A DNA stretch of 13,275 nucleotides, taken from the NCBI GenBank assembly GCA_043228905.1, contig JBHGNT010000971.1, forward strand, positions 1-13,275. Reading direction: 5' to 3'. Positions 1 to 9,171 of this stretch are shown here, piece by piece. Numbering within the stretch: the stretch's first letter is position 1; every line of letters begins with the position of its first letter. The DNA comes from Azolla caroliniana (taxonomy: Eukaryota > Plantae > Polypodiophyta). Both the position numbers and the translations under genes were made by a program. The notes beneath the pieces are model-generated. The model was given only the letters and a program-made list of their open reading frames with translations. It searched no databases and was not told the DNA's origin.

Positions 1-7
1 AGGTAGA

Positions 8-500
8 TATAATCGAGAAAGAGTCTATCGCATTCGATCAATCGATTGGGCATCACACAGATATATAATTGAGAAGGAGTTGATAGCATTCAAGCAATCG
101 TGCATCACACACATGTATAACCGAGAAGGAGTTGATTGCATTGATCGATCACACATTGCACAGACATATATACATATATATATATATATAATTGAGAAGG
201 AGTTGATCGCATTGATCAACCGCGCATCGCACACATTTATAATTGAGAAGGAGTCGATCACATCAATCCATCGCACATTATATCCATTATAATCGAGAAA
301 CATGCTATAAGAATCTATCAATCACCCATCGCACGCAAAATAATCAAGAAACAAGTGGTACAAGTTTATCGATCGCACATTGCATGCATGATCATGAAAC
401 AAGTGATAAGAGCCTATCCTATATCGCATGTGGGATCGAGAAACAAGTGGTTGAGCTGATCCTACATCACTTGTGTAATTGAGAAATGAGTGATGGAGTT
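8..500. repeat. Degenerate tandem array of about 10 units of 43-71 bp (mostly ~50 bp); may continue left of the window
   Basis: Anchor AAT(C/T)GAGAA or a variant recurs at ~11, 67, 119, 190, 241, 291, 342, 390, 434 and 477. Early units continue GGAGTTGATCGCATT; later units continue ACAAGTG. Confidence 0.85.
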
Positions 501-1991
501 GATTGATTGATGATTGGCACGATACAATTGACCACAAACAACATTACTTGAGAAAGGATGTGCACAAATCAATCGGCATGTACATGGCTTGTACTCAAGT
601 AGCATGCATATGCGCAATTGCTCAAGACTCCAGGGGTGGCCAATGGGGCATTTGAGGGGGAAATAAGCAAAACGTTGGGACATACATGGAAATAACTCGT
701 TATCATTGTTTTATCGAAAGGAAGATGATTAATAAACTCAAAACTGACTCTTAACCAATTTGGCTAAATAACAAACCGCAATTGAAGCAAACTCGAAGCA
801 CCCCCAACAGACTTATAATCAAGGCATATATTAACATGCTATGTATCTCATCTAACACCCACAATAACACCAAATTGAATCGAACAAATCATAATCAGCC
901 TCAGTTAAGACCAAATCATCCCAAATAAAGGCCCCATCTACTCCTATTTGTCAACCCTTCGGTGCAGATTGGAAAGCCATTTATCAAGGAGAAGTTGATA
1001 GGGTATACATACCCAAACATCATGTCAACACTCTTATACATGACTTATAGCCTGACATTTTATTAGATCAAATTGGTGGGGACACCCAATGTCACAAATT
1101 CCATATATATATATACCTGAAATCCTTTCACTTTGTGCTTGTTGGTACTACTCTTTACATCATGATATCCCCTTTTCATTGTTATTTCTAGTCTTCTCCA
1201 CAATTAGAGATTTCCAAACCACACATGCAAGAGACCAGGGATGAAGGTGTAATTTCAAAAGTGGAGCTTTCAGGTAAAGCAACATATCATGAACATAATA
1301 AAGATATGTTAACACTTCTAAAACATTGTCAATTACACACTTTGCTCAATATGAAAGACTCGCTCAAAAGCATGAGACATGCAATCATATCACACCAGTT
1401 TAGGCGGTTGAATTCAGAAGGGGATGGATAGACGACAAGAAAAAATAGACAATAAGAGCAACATTGACTCTTACACAGGAACAAAAGAAACACTGCTGGT
1501 AAGGATATCTCAACAGACCATGGCTAGTAAGAATTAGTTCTCAACAGTGATCCAAGACCCAACAAGAAAATGCCAGAGATGGTTACAATTGCTTCTCAAC
1601 AAAATTCTGAAATGAAACAATTTTTCAATTTAAGATAAAGATCGGTATCAAAGATATGAACCCGATGCTTCGCATCATCATAATCATTTCAATAATTCCA
1701 TCGCCAGAAAAAGAGGCATGTTTTTACAAATTTCCCACCTGGAAGCACTATCAGAGGAGCACATCAAACGTATTATGTTTCCAAGCAATTCAAGAGACCT
1801 CAAAATTATGTAGTAGTGATGTTAACTCCTAAAATGAACCAAGATTCAGCATAAAGAGGTTCACCCATCTGAACCTTTTTACCAACTGAGGCTAGAGCAG
1901 GTTGTCAAACTTAGTAGATTGTTAGCATGTTAAAAGTGATTTCGCACAATCCAAAAGTTATCCATGTTATAGTCAGGTATATGTATATATC

Positions 1992-2218
1992 TCAATTTGA
2001 CCATACATGGACCTTCCCATGTCGATTCCCTGTGTAAATCTCATTCTTCTCTTCATCGTAGAACAAAGCGGTGATATCCTCCAAAGCTTCTCGAATCGTA
2101 CTTCTTACAACTGAAGAGTTCTCTCTTTCCCTCCGGCTCACCTTCACAATCGGATCCGAGGCACAAATCTTTGCCAAGCATTTACCAGTAAGAATATTGC
2201 TAATATTTATTGATCCAA
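1992..2218 (-). CDS. Exon 8, terminal (VGSINISNILTGKCLAKI...YTGNRHGKVHVWSN*)
   Basis: Acceptor TTTTCTTGCAG|TT; ends at the TGA of ORF 1992..2288. Confidence 0.92.
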
Positions 2219-4619
2219 CTGCAAGAAAACCCAATTTATGTAAGAGAATGAAAGGGAGCCTCTTCTCCATACCAATATCATTGAGCATCTTAGGGAATTA
2301 TCAAATTGAGCGATTTTTTTTCAAAAATGGGGGTCACTTTTGCATATACCAAATCAAAATGGCCATAAAAAAAAACACATTAAAAAATAAATGTATGATG
2401 ACTTGGAATTATTTGAGCATCATGAACACATTGGAATCAATGAATGTATTGCACACCTCCTTCCTCCTCAGCAGATTCATGGGGATGAGATTTGCAATAT
2501 GATATGATCAAATCTTGATCACTTGTAATATAGATGTTGTTTGTATTGCAGTCTGGATGCCATAGCAGATGATCCTCAAAGGATGTCACAAGCTCCCCAC
2601 GGAAATTCCATACTACAACAGTCCGATTGCGGAATGTGAGAAATAATTGATTCTCATACAAAAATATGAAAGCCGAGGGGGTCATGAATTCGGTTCTGCT
2701 CACTTCTGTTAATTGGGAGTTTCTTACCTAGGCCCAGCAAAGCATAAAGATGATTAAAAAAAGAGAACCAGGCAACTCCATCATGCATATGAATGATCAT
2801 TTCAAATAAGACCTCGCCAAATACTTACATCAAGGATCTGCAAGTTCTCATTGTCTTGTTTCACAAGCAGCTTTTCATTGAATTGTTCAATGAAATCCAC
2901 TTTCTTGTTTCTGTGGAGCAAATGTCTGAAGTCTTTCAATACTGTGCCATCCTCTATCGACAATATCTTTAGAGGAACATGACCAGGGGCTCTCTCATAT
3001 ATCAATAGCATTATTCCCGGACTGAGAATTACAAAACATAAACAGTTAGTGAAATGAAGAGAAACATAAATGCAAGCAAGCCTTTCAAGAGGAAGATTAC
3101 CTTATCTTGATTTCAGAAACATGTTCATCAGGAATCGAATACAATAGTGTGTAATTCTTTAAATCAAAGACCTTGTAGATCCTACATAGTAATGACTCGC
3201 AAGTTTTAGGCAATCGAAAAATTGAGTTACCATTGATTCAATCATAAAAACATCAAATGCATACTTACCCATCCTGGGCTGAATATGTTAGAACCTTGCC
3301 ATTCACATCATCAAACTCTACAAATCCAGGCCATTTCAGTGACTCTGATTCAAATAGTGCAAAACCTGCATCTGGGTTACCCCTGCGAATATACCTATAG
3401 AAACAACAGTGGAGAAACCCAATGAGCAAAAAAAATGGCATTTAAAATCCTAAGACTATCATATTGTAGGGCAACATACTGGATGGGTGTTGTTCGACAT
3501 TTCAATGTGCTAAAGTTATCCGATGCATAAACTGACACAGTTATAAGGGACTCGTTGTTTTTGTTATAGAAAAGACTTCTTATCACTTCATCAGGGCTGA
3601 CATTGAGGTAGCAGATCTTCTTGTTGGACTCTATAAATTCCATCATAAAACGTGTTAAAAGATATGTTTATGCAGAAAAATACTCTTTAGTTAATATATC
3701 AATGATTGCTTACCCCTGCTGAATGCTGCACAAACTCCAGATTGAGCAAGTGCAAATACAATATCTTTGGCAGCCACGATCTCCACAATCTTAGATCTCC
3801 TCTTCAAAAAGTTAAGTTGAAGAAACCAATTGCCTTTGGGATCATATGTATCAAACTCTTCCTATATGTGACCAAACATTAAGTCATTTCAGAGAAATAC
3901 ATTCGAATAGTCAGCAACACAACATGCAAGCATTTGCCACATATAAGCTCATCAAGAACCTATCATGACAATGACAACACACACAATATGTACATTATAT
4001 ATATATATATATATGATGCAAGATAGAGCTTCATCGGCATCATAAAAACAGAATCGTCACCCTCATCCAATATCCATGGGCATGATATGATGTAATCATA
4101 ACTAATACAGTCAAGTTCAAGGTCTCAGTGGCATAAATATAAAGATATGATATAGGCATTTATACAAAAAGATCATATTTTCTTAAAAGAGTCATTTTGC
4201 AGGCATTTGCATACTATATCATGTTGTGAGCATTGGAATTCACAGAAATAGGTCATGATATGGGCATTTACAGTAAGAACCACCTTGGGGGAATTTAAAT
4301 GTTTCTGATTAAAACTTGAAGAAATGCGCCCCCTAGTAAAGAATTTATGTGGAGAACAAAGGTATCACATGTCTTCTCTCAATTCTTTTTATTGATATGA
4401 CGAAAAAGAGAAAGAGAAGGGAAATACCTGTAGTTGAAAGTTGCGAAACTTCTCCTGCGCAATCGAACTGTTGAAAGCTCTGTTTCCGTGAACACTAATC
4501 TCACGCCTCAGAAGCTTCTTTGCGCAGTTCGAAGACTGGTCGAAAGGACAGGACCGTTTCCCTGCAGTGATACGGCGGCTAGAAGAAGGCCTAGGGCTAT
4601 TTGGAATCTTCGCCTCCAT
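1992..4619 (-). CDS. 8-exon gene for a 462-aa conserved plant transducin/WD40-like (beta-propeller) protein; join(4428..4619,3714..3861,3480..3630,3269..3394,3101..3181,2829..3021,2457..2727,1992..2218)
   Basis: Manual splicing gives a continuous ORF: exons of 192+148+151+126+81+193+271+227 = 1389 nt, ATG at 4619, TGA at 1994-1992. All introns (566, 83, 85, 87, 79, 101, 238 nt) are GT..AG with consistent phases. Peptides such as PDEVIRSLFYNKNN, LKWPGFVEFDDVNGKVLTYSAQD, FIEQFNEKLLVKQ, FEDHLLWHPDCNTNNIYIT and YTGNRHGKVHVWSN match, from memory, a conserved plant family annotated as transducin/WD40-like (Arabidopsis AT3G54190/AT2G38630-like; not verified by search). Confidence 0.93.
2457..2727 (-). 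CDS. Exon 7 (VRNSQLTEVSRTEFMTPSAFIFLYENQLFLTFRNR...SHPHESAEEEG)
   Basis: Acceptor CCTAG|GTA, donor GAG|GTGTGC (phase 1, matching the exon 8 acceptor). Confidence 0.9.
2829..3021 (-). CDS. Exon 6 (PGIMLLIYERAPGHVPLKILSIEDG...NENLQILD)
   Basis: Acceptor TTCTCAG|T, donor GAT|GTAAGT; overlaps ORF 2802..3011. Confidence 0.93.
3101..3181 (-). CDS. Exon 5 (IYKVFDLKNYTLLYSIPDEHVSEIKIS)
   Basis: Acceptor TGTAG|G, donor AG|GTAATC. Confidence 0.92.
3269..3394 (-). CDS. Exon 4 (YIRRGNPDAGFALFESESLKWPGFVEFDDVNGKVLTYSAQDG)
   Basis: Acceptor CTATAG|G, donor GG|GTAAGT; phase consistent. Confidence 0.93.
3480..3630 (-). CDS. Exon 3 (ESNKKICYLNVSPDEVIRSLFYNKNNESLITVSVYASDNFSTLKCRTTPIQ)
   Basis: Acceptor TTTATAG|AG, donor CA|GTATGT; lies within ORF 3395..3646. 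Confidence 0.93.
3714..3861 (-). CDS. Exon 2 (EEFDTYDPKGNWFLQLNFLKRRSKIVEIVAAKDIVFALAQSGVCAAFSR)
   Basis: Acceptor ATAG|GAA, donor G|GTAAGC; open frame; missed by the ORF track. Confidence 0.92.
3997..4014. repeat. (TA)n microsatellite in intron 1
   Basis: Read directly. Confidence 0.9.
4428..4619 (-). CDS. Exon 1 (MEAKIPNSPRPSSSRRITAGKR...EKFRNFQLQ)
   Basis: ATG at 4619; 64 codons; donor CAG|GTATTT, phase 0. The ORF track's longer start at 4724 is a TTG. Confidence 0.88.
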
Positions 4620-4796
4620 AGCTAGGGATAGGGTTAAGGTTAGATTAGGGAATCCGAGAGATCTGGTGGTGCTATGGCAAGGCAGAGACCGGTCATCTGC
4701 TGTTCTTGCCCATGGATGGATCAATCAAAACCTGTGTGGAGTTTGTTGAAGAAGAATTGGTGTTGGGTTTCGAATGTTCAATCGAATGTTAGAATG

Positions 4797-4840
4797 GAGA
4801 GTTCTTCTCTGTTTAGAGTTGAGAGTTCTTCTCTGTTTAG
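4797..4840. repeat. 24-bp-period direct duplication in the 5' region of the gene
   Basis: GAGAGTTCTTCTCTGTTTAG occurs exactly at 4797-4816 and 4821-4840. Confidence 0.9.
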
Positions 4841-4984
4841 GTTTAGGGGTGTACCAACTACAATTAGGGTTGGAGCGGTGTACTCCTCCCGATTAGCAGG
4901 GTTGAAGTTTCTTCGCTGTATACAATTTAGCAGGGTTAGAAGACCGTCGCTGGTTACAGGAGGTGCCTTCGCCTGTCAACGATG

Positions 4985-5162
4985 AGGGTTAGGGTTTGCA
5001 GTCCTTGGCTGTTGAGGGTTAGCAGTGGGGATGGAGTTGTGCACTGTTTAGGGTTCTCTCTGTTTTAGGGTTAGGGTTTGAAGCAGGCTGCAGACACAGA
5101 GAGAAGGAGAGGTGTGTTTTTTATTGTGACTGTTTGTGACGGATTTGAGTTTGTGTTGGGCT
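4985..5162 (-). promoter_or_regulatory. Probable core promoter/5' region: telo-boxes (AAACCCTA), pyrimidine patch and site II element
   Basis: TAGGGTTT at 4990-4997 and within TTTAGGGTTAGGGTTT at ~5064-5079. The minus strand has a CT-rich patch at ~5095-5112. TGGGCT lies at 5157-5162. The TSS cannot be determined from sequence. Confidence 0.55.
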
Positions 5163-5216
5163 TTTTTTTCCAAAATCAGAATTGAGAGAAGAAGAAGAAA
5201 GGGGGCTGGCGTCCGC

Positions 5217-5307
5217 CGTCATCTCGCCGTCAGTCAAGACCACCCGCCGTCAGTCAAGTCTCCATCCCTTCCCAATAACAGAATTAAGCCGTTACAATTT
5301 CGAATTC

Positions 5308-5358
<51 letters not shown>

Positions 5359-5523
5359 CATATATGTATATATAGAATCTATCTCTCTCGCTCTTTTTTT
5401 CCTCTTCTTCTTTTGTTCGATCCGATCCGGTCAAGAGTCGGTTAGTCACTACCAGTTCATCATGGTCACGAGCCGGTTAAGCCATGGTCGAGCATTAGTT
5501 AGTCACGGTCAAGAGTCTGTCAA
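5217..5523 (-). promoter_or_regulatory. Cluster of W-box (TTGACY) and TGACG motifs upstream of the gene
   Basis: Plus strand shows AGTCAA at 5232 and 5252, GGTCAA at 5429 and 5507, and CGTCA at 5217, 5228 and 5248. CGCCGTCAGTCAAG is duplicated at 20-bp spacing. Confidence 0.35.
5311..5374. repeat. Compound microsatellite (TC)15(TA)9 plus degenerate TA
   Basis: Read directly. Confidence 0.95.
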
Positions 5524-6008
5524 GTTACGGAAAACACACCTCCCCCGTCCCCCGTGCAAAACTGTTATCTATCGTTTACATGTCCCAAGGAACCCCAGCC
5601 TAGCAACACGTGCGCCCGACCGGGGACCAGTCCGATCCAACCACCCTTCCTCGAGCAAACCATCTGTTGTCCGTGGGAACAACACGCACCCAGAATTTAA
5701 CTTGTAAGCAAAAATTGATTGCATAAGCCGAGACAATGACTCCCCCTCCCGGGGAACAATGCGTGCAGTGCACAATAGCTTACCATATCCTTCTTTCCTC
5801 TATACACTCCTTAGAAAAAACTGTCATGTACATATATGTAGTCCTGTCATGAAATAACATCCATCCGACCAACGTGCTCCCTCTACAAAGTCCTAGAAAT
5901 GGTGGTGAAATATGCATAAACAATCTGACCAACCTTCTTCCTCTACTGATGAATCCTAGAAACATCGTGGACTATTTACTATCGGAAAACATGTGATCAC
6001 TACATAGT

Positions 6009-6040
6009 CTCTCTCTCTCTCTCTCTACATATATATATAT
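6009..6040. repeat. (TC)n/(TA)n compound microsatellite
   Basis: Read directly. Confidence 0.9.
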
Positions 6041-7199
6041 TTATGAACCTTAATGGGACTTGTCATTATGGTAATGCCTATTCATGCTACCAATGAAGGG
6101 TTTTCGATTTCACTCACCCATAGTTTCTGTTCTTGGATTGTTTTACTTTGTTATTCATAGGATTTCAAGGAGTGTCTTTAGTTTTTATTCTTTAGTAGGA
6201 TTCTTTGATGTAGCCAATTAACTTGTCAATGTTCATCCATTTTGTTGTCCATGATAACGTACCACAAGTATGAGTGTATTTTCCATTACCATGTACAATA
6301 AATTTATTTAGGAATTCTATGGTTTTATTATTCTCGAGAATTAAGGAGTTTTTAGATGGATCCCTAGATGAACATAAACATTGAGATAGAGTTTATCATT
6401 CTCACACCCATTGTCACACACATGATACTACAATAATATCTATAACATTTATCATCCAACTAACAACTTTCATCATAGTATTATGTTATTATAATTAAGG
6501 AGACGTTGACCTTTGTTACAACTTACGATTCGTTGATGGATGCAAACATCGTGTATGGGTTGATAATTTTGTTATTTTAGATAAATTGAAGTTAACATCA
6601 AACCCATCCCTCAACGCTCCAAAACCCTCTTAAGCTCTAATAGAGCACACAAGAAGCAAGTGAACTTAACTACAGGGATCACTTTGGGGAGAATTGAAAA
6701 TCAAAGGCTATGATACACTTGAGATCACTTGAACAATGAACCACTGATTTCACAAGCATATTGGAGTCATCATTGGTAACTAATAGAGGCGTGAGTTGGA
6801 ACTCCCCAATCTCAATAGTACAATAAAGATGAGGCATCTAATGGGGATTTAAGATGAATCTATGCGATCAATTTTGGATTCTCTCTCATTATTTTTACAT
6901 TATGTTTTCTTAATCTCCATTTCTCAAATAATTGAAAACCTATATGATGTACATTATCCTAGTCCTATAGACCAAATTAGCCTTTCTTTTCTTGGTATTT
7001 GGAAAGGGAATAATATGTTTTTCTATGAGAAAAATACATACTTTGTTCTTATTCCTATTTTTCTATTTTAGTATTAGTTTGAAGCTTTTGGAAAGATCTT
7101 ATATGGATACTTGGCATGCTCATATTGATATTATTTTTCTCTTTACCTTCACGGTGAGTCATCTACATAATTTCTCGTAAAAGGTAGGCTAGATTGGCA

Positions 7200-7642
7200 A
7201 TCTTGTAATAGTGATGCCCTTTAGATTGAATAAAATGAATAATATATCATGCCCCATTTATTCTACCATCGTGACATATTGGTTTAGAACCCGTGCAGTT
7301 GTGCCCCATGCACTGTGTAGATTCATCATTATATAATCATCCTCCACTTTGCTTAGTATCAATGTATTCCGTACTTTCCTTGTACTCTCTTTCTCATTCC
7401 TCACACATGCACACACAATCTCTCTCCTAATTATTTATGTTGTGTTACTTAATGATCCTTGATAAACAAGTAGAGAAGACATATTTTGTAAGAACCAATC
7501 CGGTTCAACACCCGTCTTCAATGCATCCTTGTAAATATTGTTCATAGTACAACTTCATTTTCATCTTAGTTCTCTTTTCTTCTAGATCTATTTTCCAATT
7601 TAATCCAATTTTTTGTTTTTCATGACAACATGGTATCAAAGT
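7200..7642 (+). mobile_element. Remnant of an LTR-retrotransposon 5' LTR ending ...ACAACA (7630), followed by a tRNA-iMet primer-binding site; left boundary approximate
   Basis: CA|TGGTATCAAAGT at 7631-7642 matches 10/12 of the canonical TGGTATCAGAGC PBS. A TATA-like TTATATAA lies at ~7329. No gag/pol was found downstream. Confidence 0.55.
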
Positions 7643-8034
7643 GTGAGGGTTCATTTTTTATATGATTTACATGTTGGTTGTGCATTGTTTTCGAAACTAA
7701 TTTTGACGAATTAGCTCATTTATGTCAACATGGTGAATTATTGTTATTGTAGATCGTGGAAGAAGTTAACAAGAGAAGAAAGGAAATATACCAAAATGGA
7801 CATGCAAATGGTAGCTCCCTCCCCTTAGTTGAGCCAAAACAACCTTGGATTTTGGGAGTATAAGAAGAACCAACTCCTTGTTAGACAAGGATACTAGAGT
7901 TACATTGATGGAGATTTGGATGAGATGCCACATTTGATGCGTAATGATCATTAAGTTTAGAGCAAAGGGCAAGTTGCATCATGCATGTAAATTTAAAAAA
8001 GTAGGAGTGTAGTTCTCACAGAACAAATATATTA

Positions 8035-8053
8035 TGTGTGTGTGTGTGTGTGT
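8035..8053. repeat. (TG)n microsatellite next to the LINE 3' end
   Basis: Read directly. Confidence 0.9.
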
Positions 8054-8063
8054 CTGCATGCAA

Positions 8064-9171
8064 GAGATAGATACATTTTATTATAGCCTTTGAAGGTCAA
8101 ATATGACCTATGAGACCAAAAATATATGCATTTCATGTAATCCATGTGAAAGTGAGTAGATACTCACGATGTTCAAGAACGTTACTAATGAATGGTGCAA
8201 TCAAAATTGCACATTGTGACCGTGAGAGAAATTCATGTAAGGATTATGTTTGGTTGAAGAAGTGGGAAAAACATAATTGAATGTGATCAAAGGTAGAACA
8301 TCATATCAAAGTATGATACTCATGCTTTTGAAATTGTTTTAAGCAGAGTGTGGATAATAGATTATTCTCATTCCTTGTGCCCCAATACCCCATCTCACAT
8401 CACAATGCCATTGCGTGTGAGCTAAGTCATGGAAGCAATGGTTTGGATGACAAAAAATGAGATGGGCTCCAACATGTATTGATGTGTGTGGTTTCCCTGT
8501 TCGACAAAGAATATGGTTTTGTAGTTAGGTGCAACATATGTAGTATAATGTGTGACGCATGAGCCCCCGCATTTTGTGTTATTAAGCAAATGCATTGCAT
8601 TCAATCTTCCAAACCATTTTTTCCATATCTTGCATTCGATTGGAAGATTAAAATTTGTGTTTTTGTGTCTTTTGAATATTTTTGCTTGCTTCCCATGTGA
8701 TGCTAGGAAGTTAATGTGAGGAACTTTTTTGAACCTAAAGCATATATTCGATAATCCTTTCCATGACCATGATCTCAATGGGAAGTGATCCCATCTCAGA
8801 AAGTAGGAGGGTGTAGGACGTTTGTTTCTTAAATTTGGTAAGAAAATGTGTTTGGACATTTTGAAACTTTTTCCTAGTGTACTTATGGATGTTTACTCCG
8901 CATACTTCCACACCATAGAGAAGCACCAATGTCACCAAAGTGTCAAAGAGGCATTTCTCAAGGAGCCTACTCTTAATTTCTCTATGATTACATGTGCTCC
9001 CTTTCCTGCCTTTACATTATGGGAAGCAAATTCATTCTATCTATGATTTGAATGAACTTAAAGGCCAAATTATTTGAAACTTTTCACAATTTCAAGTGAC
9101 TCATTATTGTAGATAATGCATGGTTTGTCTTTTTTTTTGCTCTTTACAAGCATAATCTTTGTCTTAGAGTT
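8064..9171 (-). mobile_element. 5'-truncated, decayed non-LTR retrotransposon (LINE ORF2 C-terminal half, RTE/RTEX-like) with 3' UTR
   Basis: Frame-stitched minus translation: NSKTKIMLVK..KPCIIYNNESLEIVKSFK*FG (KTK.M and FKYLG RT motifs); LFDTLVTLVLLYGVEVCG..QNVQTHFL..KKQTSYTLLLSEMGSLPIE (RT C-terminal region); LSSHA..CEMGYWG..LC..HEYHTLI*C (decayed CCHC region). Several stops and frameshifts. AATAAA at 8082-8077 is followed by an ATGTATCTATCTC tail. Confidence 0.85.

Noticed and set aside
8-500. CRISPR-like repeat/spacer appearance
   Set aside because: The repeats are degenerate, the 'spacers' resemble each other, there are no cas genes, and the context is a spliced eukaryotic locus.
25-683. 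Short ORFs over the tandem array
   Set aside because: They derive from the repeat, occur on both strands and show no coding signature.
995-1033. Imperfect hairpin around GGGTATACATACCC
   Set aside because: It is short and interrupted, so it is plausible by chance, and it is too small for a miRNA precursor.
2071-2502. 143-aa plus-strand ORF
   Set aside because: It is an antisense shadow of exons 7-8 and intron 7, with a non-ATG start and no recognisable motif.
4620-4724. N-terminal extension MIHPWART... in the ORF track
   Set aside because: It starts at TTG and is made of telo-box-like sequence (NLTLTL); family-like sequence begins at the ATG at 4619.
4986-5080. Interstitial telomere or chromosome-end relic
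   Set aside because: There are only 1-2 consecutive units at each site; promoter telo-boxes explain them better.
5136-5449. ORFs with SLSLSL/YIYIY/RERERE tracts
   Set aside because: These are translations of the microsatellite.
6706-6720. GGCTATGATACACTT resembling a reverse-strand tRNA-iMet PBS (GCTCTGATACCA)
   Set aside because: It needs one mismatch and one deletion, and I could not confirm an LTR or gag sequence beside it.
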